Assembly (NCBI GenBank): GCA_963748625.1
Contig: CAVVJT010000007.1
Coordinates: forward strand, 992,001-1,056,000
Direction of reading: 5' to 3'
From: an uncultured Chloroflexia bacterium
Lineage (GTDB): Bacteria; Chloroflexota; Limnocylindria; Limnocylindrales; CSP1-4
Length of the DNA stretch: 64,000 nucleotides
A model generated the notes under the pieces. It saw nothing but the letters and a program-made list of their open reading frames with translations. It was not told where the DNA came from and searched no databases. Of the stretch, positions 19,679 through 29,183 are shown in pieces. Position numbers and translations under genes: made by a program. The number at the start of each line of letters is the position of its first letter. The first letter of the stretch is position 1.

Positions 19679-21594
19679 GCGGTGAACCGCTTCCGTCCCG
19701 CGTGGTCATTCCGGTCGCGAACCCGCTCACCGCCGAGGAGCTGATCCGGATCGGCGCGTCCCTCATGGACGAGCGCACCGGCGAGCTGACCGCCCTGGGC
19801 ATCGTCGAGGTTCCCGAGGGCATGCCGCTCTCGGAGGGCGCGACGCGTGCCCGGCAGGCCCGGCGGCTCCTCCAGAAGGTGATGGACTACGTCCCCGAGG
19901 GGACGGTCATCCATCCCCTGGTCCGCATCGGGCGGCATGCCGCGGCCGGCATCGTGGAGGCGGCGGCGGAACAGGATGCCGATCTCCTGATCTTCGGCTG
20001 GGGCGGCAAGTCCGGCCCGCACCGGGACCCCAGCGGGCCGACCATCTCGCCCACGATCGACGAGGTCGTGCGCGAGTCGCCCTGCGACATCGCGGTGGTC
20101 AAGCAGCGGGGCGCCCGGGACATCCGCCGCATCCTCGTCCCCGTCCGCGGTGGCCCCCACGCCGAGCTGGCCCTGCGCTTCGCGGATGCGCTGGCCCACC
20201 GCCACGACGCCACCGTGGTGGTGATGCACCTGGTGCCCGCGGGCGTCACCGAGGCCGTCCGGGCCCAAGCCGAGCGAGCGCTGGCCGCCTTCGTGCGGCA
20301 GTTCGTCACGGCGAAGGCCGAGCCGCTCCTGCGCGAGGCGGCCAACGTGCGCAACGCCATCCTGCGCGAGGCTGAGAACGCGGACCTCGTGGTCATGGGC
20401 GCCTCGGCCCCGCCAGGCGAGCCCGGCGGCACGCTGTTCGGCGCCCTGCCGGAGGCGATCGCCCAGCGTGCCAAGCCAACGGTCATCGTGGTCAAGACCC
20501 GTGACCCGATCAGCCGCCAGACCTTCGAGCAGCTCGCCGGCCGCGCCGAGACCCTGGCCGCCGCCGACCGCGCCGCCGAGGAGTCCCGCGCGGTCCCGGC
20601 CAAGGTGGACCGCTGGTTCGCCGAGGCCAACTTCCACCACTCCGAGTTCGCGGACCTCGGCCGTCTCGTGGCGCTCAAGCAGAAGCAGGGCATCACGGTG
20701 AGCCTGGTGCTGCCAACGCTCAACGAGTCGGAGACGATCGGGCCCATCGTCCGGCGCGCGGTGAAGGAGATGCAGGAGCGCTACCCGCTCCTCGACGAGA
20801 TCCTCGTGATCGATTCCGCGTCCGAGGACGACACCCGCGAGATCGCCGAGTCCGAGGGCGCCCGCGTCGTCCAGCACCCGGACGTCCTCGCCCGCTACGG
20901 CTCGTACCGCGGCAAGGGCGAGGCGCTCTGGAAGTCCCTGTACGAGACATCGGGCGACATCATCGTCTGGGCCGACACGGACGTCCGCAACTGGCACCAC
21001 CGCATGGTCTACGGCACGCTCGGCCCGCTGCTGGTGGAGCCGCGTCTCAAGTACGTGAAGGGCTACTACCAGCGCCCTATCGTGGAGGGCGGCGTCCTGA
21101 AGGAGGGCGGCGGCGGCCGGGTCACGGAGCTGGTCGCACGGCCGCTGATCAACCTGTTCTTCCCGGAGCTGTCGGGCCTGATCCAGCCGCTCTCGGGCGA
21201 ATACGCCGGCCGGCGGTCGCTGCTCGAGCAGATCCCGTTCTTCACCGGGTACGCCGTGGAGATCGGGCACCTGATCGATGTCCTCGACAAGGCCGGCCTG
21301 GGCGGGCTCGGCCAGGTGGACCTGGAGCGGCGCGTACACCGCAACCAGGAGCTCGAAGGACTCTCGCGGATGTCGTTCGTGATCCTGCAGGCCGTGATGA
21401 AGCGGCTCGAGGAGCGGCGGCGCGCGCGGCTGTTCGCGGAGCTGGGCCACACCATGAAGTTGCCGCGCTCGGGCAAGGGCCGGCTCTCGCTCGAGGTGCA
21501 GGAGGTCGCCGACCACGAGCGGCCGCCGATGATCCGCATCCCTGAGTACCTGGAGCGGCGGGCGGCCCGGGACGCCGGCGACGCGGCGGACTAG
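19675..21594 (+). CDS. gpgS: Glucosyl-3-phosphoglycerate synthase with two N-terminal universal stress protein domains
   Basis: Two USP domains (VVIPVAN..DLLIFGW..SPCDIAVVK; ILVPVRGGPHA..DLVVMGA), then LPTLNE, GKGEALWKSL, GGRVTELVARPL, QPLSGEYA, GYAVEIG. Confidence 0.85.
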   Translation: MSGEPLPSRVVIPVANPLTAEELIRIGASLMDERTGELTALGIVEVPEGMPLSEGATRARQARRLLQKVMDYVPEGTVIHPLVRIGRHAAAGIVEAAAEQDADLLIFGWGGKSGPHRDPSGPTISPTIDEVVRESPCDIAVVKQRGARDIRRILVPVRGGPHAELALRFADALAHRHDATVVVMHLVPAGVTEAVRAQAERALAAFVRQFVTAKAEPLLREAANVRNAILREAENADLVVMGASAPPGEPGGTLFGALPEAIAQRAKPTVIVVKTRDPISRQTFEQLAGRAETLAAADRAAEESRAVPAKVDRWFAEANFHHSEFADLGRLVALKQKQGITVSLVLPTLNESETIGPIVRRAVKEMQERYPLLDEILVIDSASEDDTREIAESEGARVVQHPDVLARYGSYRGKGEALWKSLYETSGDIIVWADTDVRNWHHRMVYGTLGPLLVEPRLKYVKGYYQRPIVEGGVLKEGGGGRVTELVARPLINLFFPELSGLIQPLSGEYAGRRSLLEQIPFFTGYAVEIGHLIDVLDKAGLGGLGQVDLERRVHRNQELEGLSRMSFVILQAVMKRLEERRRARLFAELGHTMKLPRSGKGRLSLEVQEVADHERPPMIRIPEYLERRAARDAGDAAD

Positions 21595-21641
21595 GGGCGT
21601 GGAGCCCGGCGGCGTGGGTCCCACGGCAGGCACGTGCGGGC

Positions 21642-21839
21642 GGGGCTTCCCAAGCCCCGATTTCGACGGTGCGCCGTCCGAATGGGGCTCCCGAAGCCAC
21701 GAAACGGCGGCCGCAGGCCCGACGCGGCGTCGTTTTGGGGCTCCCGAAGCCACGAGACGGCGGTCGAGGCACGGAATCGGGGCTTCCGGTGCCCCGGACG
21801 CGGCGCCGGGCGCCCCGGACGCGGCGCGGGCTCCCAGCC
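21642..21839. repeat. Cluster of REP-like hairpin repeats (GGGGCT...GCCMC)
   Basis: Hairpin units start at 21642, 21684, 21737 and 21779; units 2 and 3 nearly identical over about 28 nt. Confidence 0.65.
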
Positions 21840-21855
21840 GTCGGAGCCGCACGTG

Positions 21856-23019
21856 ATGCGTGTCCTGATCGCCCCGGACTCCTTCAAGGGGACGCTCACC
21901 TCGGTCCAGGTCGCCGAGGCGCTTGCTGAGGGCTGGCGCCGGGCGCGTCCGGACGACGAGGTGGCGCTGGCGCCCCTGGCCGACGGCGGCGAGGGCACGC
22001 TGGTGGCGGTGCACGCAGCCGGCGGCTGGACGTGGCGCGAGGCACGGGCCCACGACCCGCTGGGCCGCCCGTGCACGGCACGCTGGCTCGCGAGGGACGA
22101 TGGGCGGGCGGCATTCGTGGAGATGGCGCAGGCCAGCGGGCTCTCGCTGGTGGACCCCGATGAACGCGACCCGGTCGCCGCCACGACGCTCGGCACGGGC
22201 GAGGTCCTCCGCGCTGTGCTGGACGCTGGGATCCGCGAGATCGCGCTGGGCATCGGCGGCTCCGCGACCACGGATGGCGGGGCGGGCATGCTGCGCGCGC
22301 TGGGCGCCCAGGTGCGCGAGGAGCTGGGCGGCGTTGACCTGGCCGGACTCGACCCGCGCTTGGCTGGTGTCCACCTGCGGATCGCGTCAGATGTGACCAA
22401 CCCGCTCCTCGGCGAGCGCGGTGCGGCCGCGGTCTACGGACCCCAGAAGGGCGCCGACCGGGCGACCGTCGCCCTCCTCGACGCGCGCCTCACGCGGTAT
22501 GCCGACGCCCTGGAGGCAGCAGCCGGCCGCCGCGAGCGCGAGACCCCGGGCACGGGCGCCGCGGGCGGCCTGGGCTTCAGCCTGCTGTGCCTGCGCGACC
22601 GGTTCGCGTCCCTGGAGCTTGTCCCCGGCATCGATCTCGTGATGGCCGAGGCCGGCTTCGACAAGGCCCTCTCCCGCGCGGACCTCGTCATCACCGGCGA
22701 AGGGCGGATCGACGGCCAGACCGCGTTCGGCAAGACTGCGATGGGCGTCGCTCGTCGTGCCCAGGCAGCCGGCGTGCGCTGCATCGGCGTGGGCGGCGGC
22801 GTCACGCCAGAGGGGTTCGAGGCCCTGGCCCAGGCCGAGGCCGAGGCGGTCCCGGTGCACGAGACCCCCGTGACCCTCGAGGCGGCGATTGCGGCGGGTA
22901 CCGCGCCCGTCGTCGCCTGCGGAGAGCGCCTGGCGCGGCGCCAGCCGGGGAGCGATCGCGTCGTGATCGGCGATGACGTCGATGCGCCCGTCGCCGACTT
23001 CGAAGAGTCGCAGGCTTGA
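21856..23019 (+). CDS. glxK: Glycerate kinase (GlxK/GarK family)
   Basis: IAPDSFKG, PLADGGEGT, GIGGSATTDGGAG, VYGPQKGA, GAAGGLG, VITGEGRID.QT..GK. Confidence 0.92.
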   Translation: MRVLIAPDSFKGTLTSVQVAEALAEGWRRARPDDEVALAPLADGGEGTLVAVHAAGGWTWREARAHDPLGRPCTARWLARDDGRAAFVEMAQASGLSLVDPDERDPVAATTLGTGEVLRAVLDAGIREIALGIGGSATTDGGAGMLRALGAQVREELGGVDLAGLDPRLAGVHLRIASDVTNPLLGERGAAAVYGPQKGADRATVALLDARLTRYADALEAAAGRRERETPGTGAAGGLGFSLLCLRDRFASLELVPGIDLVMAEAGFDKALSRADLVITGEGRIDGQTAFGKTAMGVARRAQAAGVRCIGVGGGVTPEGFEALAQAEAEAVPVHETPVTLEAAIAAGTAPVVACGERLARRQPGSDRVVIGDDVDAPVADFEESQA

Positions 23020-23044
23020 CCTAGTCCACCGGTTAGTCCACCAT
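23016..23044 (+). promoter_or_regulatory. Putative promoter/operator of vapBC
   Basis: TTGACC-17 bp-CACCAT with two direct repeats TAGTCCACC (23022, 23034); ATG 7 nt downstream, likely leaderless. Confidence 0.55.
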
Positions 23045-23051
23045 GGCTGCC

Positions 23052-23315
23052 ATGGACACCGTCGTCAACATCCACGAGGCCAAGACGCACTTCTCGCGGC
23101 TGGTCGAACGGGCAGAGAAGGGCGAGCGGATCACCATTGCGCGTGCCGGTGTCCCGGTCGCGATGCTTGTCGCGATCGAGCCCAAGACACCCCTCGGGCG
23201 GCCGATCGGGATCGACAAGGGGAAGATCATCATCCACGACGACTTCGATGATCCCCTTCCCGAGTTCGAGGAGTGGATGGAGAAGTCGATCTTCCCGGAG
23301 CCGGACGGCGAGTGA
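23052..23315 (+). CDS. vapB: Phd/YefM-family antitoxin
   Basis: VNIHEAKTHFSRLVERAEKGERITIARAGVPVA...DDFDDPLP. Confidence 0.9.
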   Translation: MDTVVNIHEAKTHFSRLVERAEKGERITIARAGVPVAMLVAIEPKTPLGRPIGIDKGKIIIHDDFDDPLPEFEEWMEKSIFPEPDGE

Positions 23316-23698
23316 GGCTCCTGCTCGACACGCACACGTTCCTCTGGGCGGCCGCGGACAACCCTCGACTCTCCCCTCGGGCCCGCGCGCTGATCAATGA
23401 CCAGTCGACCGAGCTGGTCCTGAGCTCGGTGGCGGCCGCGGAAGTCGCCCTCAAGGTCGCGAAGGGCCGTCTCGAGCTCCCGGAAGAACCCGCGCGGTGG
23501 TTCACGTTGCGCATGCGTGCCTTCGGAGTAACCGAGCTGCCGTTGACGATCGCCCACGCGCTCGCGGCGGCGTCGCTTCCGCCGATTCACGGTGATCCTT
23601 GGGATCGCTTCCTCGTCGCCCAGGCCCGGGCAGAATCGATCCCGATCCTGACAGCCGACACCATCCTCCACCGCTACGAGGTCGAGATCCTGTGGTGA
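23312..23698 (+). CDS. vapC: VapC PIN-domain toxin
   Basis: LLLDTHTFLW, HGDPWDRFLVAQA, ILTAD; overlaps antitoxin stop. Confidence 0.92.
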   Translation: MRLLLDTHTFLWAAADNPRLSPRARALINDQSTELVLSSVAAAEVALKVAKGRLELPEEPARWFTLRMRAFGVTELPLTIAHALAAASLPPIHGDPWDRFLVAQARAESIPILTADTILHRYEVEILW

Positions 23699-24558
23699 CC
23701 GCCAAGCCGGCGACCGAGAAGCCCGCGCCGAAGAAGCCCGCCACCAAGAGGAAGCCGGCCAAGCGCACCCGCAAGCCCGCTGACCCGGCGCAGCAGTGGG
23801 CCGGATACCTGCGGCGCTACCGGCCCGGCCTCCAGTCCTTCGTGCTGGACGGCCTCACCCGCCAGTACGGGGAGCAGACCTGGCACAAGTCGCGCCTGGA
23901 CCCCACCAGCGAGTTGATCCTCACGATCCTCACCCAGAACACGGCCGACGTGAACGCCGAGAAGGCGTACGAGGCCCTGCGTGCCGCCTACGCCTCCGAC
24001 AACGCCCCTGAGATCCACCGCCCCGACATCGGCTGGGGCGGGGGCGGGTTGGGCGACGCACCGCCGCCGGACTGGTCGCACGTGGAGAACGCACCCCTGC
24101 CCGAGCTCGTCGACGTGATCCGGCCCGGCGGCCTCGCACCCCAGAAGGCGCCTCGCCTCCAGGCGACCCTGCGGCACATCCGCGAGCAGCGCGGTGACTA
24201 CAGCCTCGAGTTCCTGGGCGACATGCCCGCCCTCGACGCCCGCGACTGGCTGACCTCCATCGACGGCGTCGGGAAGAAGACCGCGTCGATCGTGCTCGCG
24301 TTCTGCTTCGGCATGCCGCTGATGGCGGTGGACCGCCACGTGGAGCGGGTGAGCAAGCGCATCGGCCTGATCCCCGAGAAGGCGACAGCGGACCAGGCCC
24401 ACGACCTGTACCTGGGCATCCTGGAGCCTGACCAGATGTACGCCGGGCACGTGCTGCTGATCCACCACGGGCGCGAGCTCTGCCACGCCCAGAACCCCAA
24501 GCACGACCTGTGCCCGCTGCGCGACCGCTGCCGGGCCGTGGACAGGAAGGCCCCTTGA
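23695..24558 (+). CDS. nth: Endonuclease III (HhH-GPD DNA glycosylase)
   Basis: ILTILTQNTAD, IDGVGKKTA, AVDRHVERV, C-terminal Fe-S motif (C-x6-H-x2-C-x5-C). Confidence 0.88.
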   Translation: MTAKPATEKPAPKKPATKRKPAKRTRKPADPAQQWAGYLRRYRPGLQSFVLDGLTRQYGEQTWHKSRLDPTSELILTILTQNTADVNAEKAYEALRAAYASDNAPEIHRPDIGWGGGGLGDAPPPDWSHVENAPLPELVDVIRPGGLAPQKAPRLQATLRHIREQRGDYSLEFLGDMPALDARDWLTSIDGVGKKTASIVLAFCFGMPLMAVDRHVERVSKRIGLIPEKATADQAHDLYLGILEPDQMYAGHVLLIHHGRELCHAQNPKHDLCPLRDRCRAVDRKAP

Positions 24559-24577
24559 CGGGCGGGAGAGCACGCAC

Positions 24578-26236
24578 GTGACCCAGCTGTCCGAGACCCT
24601 TGACGACCTGCTTGCGAGGGACTTCGCCGCGTCACCCGTGGCCGCATCGGGCTTCGGCCTGACCGACTTCGACGAGCGGCTGGACGACCTCTCGGCCGAT
24701 GCCTTCGCGGCCCGCGACGCCTATGCGGCAGACCTGCTGGCCCGGCTGGACGGGATCGGGGATGAGGGCCTCACGCCCGACGAGACGATCGACCGTGACC
24801 TCGCCCGCGCGGTGCTCACAGGCCGCGGGATCCTGGCCCCGTTCCAGGCCTGGAAGCGGGACCCCGTCGTGTACACGGGGCCGGTCACCGGCGGCCTGTT
24901 CACCCTGTTCCTCCACCGCCTCCGTCCCGAGGCGGACCTGGTGGACGCGTGCGTGGCACGGCTGGGCCGGGTGGAGTCCGTGGTGGACGCCGGTATCGCC
25001 AACCTGGACCCGGCGCTCGCCCACCCGCTCATCGTTGAGCGCGGCCTCGGCGCCGCCCGGGCGTCCGTGCGCTACGTGCGCGACCTCGTGTGGCAGGACG
25101 TCCAGGACCCGGCGAAGCGCGAGGCGCTGCGCGGGGCCGGTGCGGCAGCCGCGCCGCACCTCGAACGGTTCGTCAGCCACCTCGAGACGCTCCTCGGACA
25201 GGCCCATGGCAGCTGGCAGCTGGGCGAGGAGGGGTACTCGCGGATCCTGCGTGAGCGCGAGGTCCTCGGCGATGACGCCCGCTCCCTGCGCGAGCGCGGC
25301 CAGCGCGAGTTCGACCGCCTCGACGCCGAGATGGCGGCGCTCGCGAGAGACGCCACCGGCAACCCGGACTACGTCACGGTGATCCGCGAGGACGACGCCA
25401 ACCACCCGCCCACGGAGGCCGCGATGCTCGAGGCCTACACGGAGTGGACGGCGAAGGCCCGCGGGTTCCTCGCGGACACGGGGCTGGTGACCCTCCCGCC
25501 CGGTGAGACGTGCGCGGTCGTGCCGTCGCCTGTGTTCCAGCGGCCGGTCCTCGGCGTGGCCTCATACATGTCGCCCCCCGCCTTCTCGCAGAGCTGGAAG
25601 GGCCACTTCTTCGTCCCGTTCGCCCCCGACGGCGCCCCGGAGGAGGAGATCCAGGGGCGCCTCTCCAACAACTCGTACGGCTCCATCCCCACCACCTCCG
25701 TCCACGAGGCCTACCCGGGCCACCACTGGCACCTGGTGATGCGCAAGGGCAACCCGAGCAACGTGCGCAAGGTCTACTCGACGCCCTACTTCAGCGAGGG
25801 CTGGGCCCTCTACGCCGAGCGCGTCATGCGCGAGCGCGGCTTCTTCGAGACCCCGCTCCACGAGCTGCAGCACCTCTCGGCAACCATCTTCCGCGCCGCC
25901 CGGATCATCGTGGACACCTCGCTCCACCTGGGCGAGATGGACTACGAGACCGCGGTGACGTTCATGATGGAGAAGGCCGCCTTGCCGGACCCCGTGGCCC
26001 GCGCGGAGGTGGGCCGGTACTGCTGGTGGCCCACCCAGGCCTCCTCGTACCTGACGGGGTGCCTGGAGATCCTCGCGATCCGCGATCGCTACCTCGCGGC
26101 GCGTGGCTTCGCCGGCACGTCCGCTCGTGACGTCCCGGTCGGGATCGTCCGCGACTTCCATGACGCGATCGCCTCGTCCGGGGCGCTTCCCCTGGGCCTC
26201 GCGGAGCGGGCCGTCATGCAGACCCTGCCGGCCTGA
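24578..26236 (+). CDS. DUF885 family protein (putative metallopeptidase)
   Basis: HEAYPGHH, FSEGWALYAE, RAARIIVDTSLH, PTQASSYLTG. Confidence 0.88.
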   Translation: MTQLSETLDDLLARDFAASPVAASGFGLTDFDERLDDLSADAFAARDAYAADLLARLDGIGDEGLTPDETIDRDLARAVLTGRGILAPFQAWKRDPVVYTGPVTGGLFTLFLHRLRPEADLVDACVARLGRVESVVDAGIANLDPALAHPLIVERGLGAARASVRYVRDLVWQDVQDPAKREALRGAGAAAAPHLERFVSHLETLLGQAHGSWQLGEEGYSRILREREVLGDDARSLRERGQREFDRLDAEMAALARDATGNPDYVTVIREDDANHPPTEAAMLEAYTEWTAKARGFLADTGLVTLPPGETCAVVPSPVFQRPVLGVASYMSPPAFSQSWKGHFFVPFAPDGAPEEEIQGRLSNNSYGSIPTTSVHEAYPGHHWHLVMRKGNPSNVRKVYSTPYFSEGWALYAERVMRERGFFETPLHELQHLSATIFRAARIIVDTSLHLGEMDYETAVTFMMEKAALPDPVARAEVGRYCWWPTQASSYLTGCLEILAIRDRYLAARGFAGTSARDVPVGIVRDFHDAIASSGALPLGLAERAVMQTLPA

Positions 26237-26239
26237 ACG

Positions 26240-27253
26240 ATGCCTGCCACCGGGCGCACGGCCCTCGTCCTCGACGTCGACACGGGCATCGACGACGCCC
26301 TGGCCCTGCTCTACGCAGCGGCCAGCCCGGAGGCCGAGCTCGTGGCGGTCACGTGCCTGTCAGGCAACGTCGAGGCCGGCGACGTCGCTCGGAACACGCT
26401 CGGGGTGCTGGAGATGGCGGGCCGTGGCGACGTGGAGGTGGCGATCGGGCGGCGCGTGCCACTGGTGCGGGCGCTGGAGATCACCCCGGAGACGCACGGT
26501 CCGCGCGGGACGGGGCACGCCATCCTTGCCGATCCTGCGCGCCCGGCCTCGGGACGCTTCGGACCGGACGTCATCGTGGAGGAAGCCCGCCGTCGCCCAG
26601 GGGAGCTCGTGCTGGTCACCCTCGGCCCGCTCACGAACCTCGCGCTCGCGTTGCGCGCCGAACCCGCGCTGCCACGCCTGCTGCGCCGGTGGGTGGCGAT
26701 GGGCGGCGCCTTCACGGTTCCCGGCAACACCACGCCCACGACGGAGTGGAACGTCCACTGCGATCCGGAGGCTGCGCACGAGTGCTTCGCCGCCTGGCAG
26801 CGCGCGGTGGACGACGATCCGGCGACGCCGCGAGCGCTGGTCATGGGCCTCGACGTGACGGAGCGGGCACGGATCATGCCCGATGACCTGCTGGCGCTCG
26901 CGGCCCGGGCGGGCACGACGCCCGGCTCCGGTGACAACCGGATCGTCGGCTTCATCGACGACGCGCTCCGCTGGTACTTCGAGTTCCACGAGCGGTACGA
27001 CGGCTTCTACGGCGCCTTCATCCACGACCCGTTCGTCGTGGCAGCGGCGCTTGACGCGGCGCTCGTCAGGACGGAACCGTACGCCGTCGACGTGGACACG
27101 GCGGGCGGCGCGGCGGACGGGATGACGATCGCGGACCGTCGCGGGATCTGGGGCCGTCGCCCCAACGTGGACGTGGCTGTTGACGGTGGCGCTGAGGCCT
27201 TCCTGGCGCGCCTGATCGAACGGGTGGGCGGGCTGGCCGCCGAGCGCGCCTAG
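26240..27253 (+). CDS. Inosine-uridine preferring nucleoside hydrolase
   Basis: DVDTGIDDA, LGPLTNLA, MGG, EWNVHCDPEAA, GLDVT, IHDP. Confidence 0.9.
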   Translation: MPATGRTALVLDVDTGIDDALALLYAAASPEAELVAVTCLSGNVEAGDVARNTLGVLEMAGRGDVEVAIGRRVPLVRALEITPETHGPRGTGHAILADPARPASGRFGPDVIVEEARRRPGELVLVTLGPLTNLALALRAEPALPRLLRRWVAMGGAFTVPGNTTPTTEWNVHCDPEAAHECFAAWQRAVDDDPATPRALVMGLDVTERARIMPDDLLALAARAGTTPGSGDNRIVGFIDDALRWYFEFHERYDGFYGAFIHDPFVVAAALDAALVRTEPYAVDVDTAGGAADGMTIADRRGIWGRRPNVDVAVDGGAEAFLARLIERVGGLAAERA

Positions 27254-28158
27254 CGGTCCTTGCGATCCCGCACGACGAGCACCGAGCACCCGGCGTGCAG
27301 GAGCACATTGCGCGCCACGCTGCCGAGGATCAGCCGGGCGAGTCCGGTGTGGCCGCGGGTTCCCATGACGATGGTGCCCACGCCCTGCTCCACGGCGTAC
27401 CTGACGATCTCCGACGCGGGATCGCCCTCGAGCGTGATCGCGTCAGCCGCGAAGCCCGCGTCAACCAGGCGATGGGCCTCCCCCGCCGCCTCCTTCTGGG
27501 TCTCCTGGCGCACCTCGTCGGCGGACCTGGCGTAGGACTCGAAGGCCTGGTCGTACATGCCTGGCGTGAAGCCGGCGGCAACCGGCACGGCGATCTCGGC
27601 GACGGTGACGACGGTCAGATGCTCTGATTGAAAGACCGGCCACGCGGTGAACACGGCCTCCGCGGTTCGGGCGGAGTGGGAGCCGTCATCTGCGAACACC
27701 ACGGGACCCAGGTGCTCGGCACGTGCGACAAGCACCGGGCACGGCGCGTGATCCACCACCTCGGACGCGGTCGAACCGAGCACCATGGTGGCGATGGTCC
27801 CGTGGCCCCGGCTGCCGACAACGAGAAGGTCGGCGCCCATCGCCGTGGCCTCGTCCACGATGGAGCTGGCCGGTCGGCCGTGGATGAGGAAGCCCTCGAC
27901 GGTGAGCCCGTCCCGCAGCAGGATGGCTTCGGCCTGGGCGACGGCCTCGCGGTGCTTGCGGGCGTCCACCTCCTCCTCGGTCTCGATGTTGGATCCGGCC
28001 TCCCCCATCGCCGCCCACGTCATGGCGAGCGCGTCAGTGTAGGGCTCCTGGATGGAGATCACGCGGACCAGGGAGTCCGGCGGGAGCTGGAACGAGGCGA
28101 CGAGCTTGACGGCGCGGTCGCTTGAGACCGATCCATCGACGGCGAGCAGGATGCGCAT
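27250..28158 (-). CDS. Universal stress protein (two USP domains)
   Basis: ILLAVDGS..LVVGSRGHG..LGS..APCPVLV; IVMGTRG..LGSVARNVL. Confidence 0.9.
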   Translation of the reverse strand: MRILLAVDGSVSSDRAVKLVASFQLPPDSLVRVISIQEPYTDALAMTWAAMGEAGSNIETEEEVDARKHREAVAQAEAILLRDGLTVEGFLIHGRPASSIVDEATAMGADLLVVGSRGHGTIATMVLGSTASEVVDHAPCPVLVARAEHLGPVVFADDGSHSARTAEAVFTAWPVFQSEHLTVVTVAEIAVPVAAGFTPGMYDQAFESYARSADEVRQETQKEAAGEAHRLVDAGFAADAITLEGDPASEIVRYAVEQGVGTIVMGTRGHTGLARLILGSVARNVLLHAGCSVLVVRDRKDR

Positions 28159-28329
28159 CGGGAACCTCCGATCGCTGCCATCCTCCTCCGCTGCGCTGGA
28201 CGGCGTATCGGCCGAACGGCCCATTGCAGCCGCCCGACCGGACGGCGCCTGAGGCGACGCCCGGCCCCTGTGGGCCGCCGCCGGTAGCGGCCCCGACAGC
28301 GCCAGCCGGCAGCGAGCGTGGAGCGGGGC

Positions 28330-28752
28330 TTACGGCTCCCGGCGCAGCGACACGACGATGAGCAGGAACGTTGTCTCGAGGATGTCGACGCCGGCGATCA
28401 CCAGCGCGACGATCAGCGGCAGCGGATGCCCCATGAGCCAGCCCGCAGCAGCCGCGAAAGCGGCAACCGCGAGGAACACGAAGCGCACGCCGCGCACGAG
28501 CGATGCGAGGTCGCGGGTCGTGAGGTCACCGGAGGGTGTGGCGCGGCTGCTCTCGATCCGCACGATCGCGCGCCGGAGGCACCAGAGGCCCGCGACGACC
28601 GACAGGCCCACGAGCGCTGCCCGCACGATCGCCGGCGGGCTCACCAGCGCCGTGAGGAGGTCGCCGTTCCAGCCGAGGAGCGTGCCGCCCACGAGGGCGA
28701 GCACCCCAGCCAGCATCCAGAGCAGGCGGCCCCGTCCGGGGGTCGCGCTCAC
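28330..28752 (-). CDS. Hypothetical membrane protein
   Basis: Hydrophobic segments; start overlaps upstream stop. Confidence 0.6.
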   Translation of the reverse strand: MSATPGRGRLLWMLAGVLALVGGTLLGWNGDLLTALVSPPAIVRAALVGLSVVAGLWCLRRAIVRIESSRATPSGDLTTRDLASLVRGVRFVFLAVAAFAAAAGWLMGHPLPLIVALVIAGVDILETTFLLIVVSLRREP

Positions 28753-29183
28753 CCGTCAACCAGTTCGAGGGGAACCTCGTGGCGCTCTCCGTTGACGAGG
28801 CGCCAGGCTCGCAGCCCAGGTATCTCCAGGGAGATGAGCAGGTACAGCGCGGACGGCCACGTCGCCCCGTCGATGTCCAGCCGGGACGGCTCAGCCGGCG
28901 TCCGGACGTGGGAGTGGACGATGCCCCAGACGGTCTCGCCAGAGATGTCGGTGGCGTGGGCCACCCGGAGGACGTCCTCGGGCGCGATGCGGTAGCGCGT
29001 GGGCGAGGCGAGCTCGTTGCGGCACGGGACGTAGCGGAGTGCCCGTCCGCCGAGCACCGGGTCCGCAGATCCGACGATCAACCCGCAGGCCTCGTTGGGG
29101 ACCTCGTCGCGGGCATGCCGCTCGATAGCCGCGGCGATCGACCGCGGCAGCTGCGCCAGCGCAGGTCCCGGATGGCCGCTCAG
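28749..29183 (-). CDS. Mov34/MPN/JAMM metalloprotease (Mec/CysO-cysteine peptidase-like)
   Basis: PNEACG and HSH-x7-S-x2-D JAMM motif; frame is open back to a CTG overlapping the moeB stop. Confidence 0.85.
   Translation of the reverse strand: MSGHPGPALAQLPRSIAAAIERHARDEVPNEACGLIVGSADPVLGGRALRYVPCRNELASPTRYRIAPEDVLRVAHATDISGETVWGIVHSHVRTPAEPSRLDIDGATWPSALYLLISLEIPGLRAWRLVNGERHEVPLELVDG

Noticed and set aside
21642-21839. Hairpin cluster as a true CRISPR mini-array
   Set aside because: Units diverge, spacing is irregular, spacers are short and there is no leader or cas gene; kept only as a REP-like repeat.
19645-22374. Very long antisense ORFs (e.g. 909 aa here; also 3064..5076 and 55879..58293)
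   Set aside because: Typical stop-poor antisense frames of high-GC genes, with no recognisable domains.
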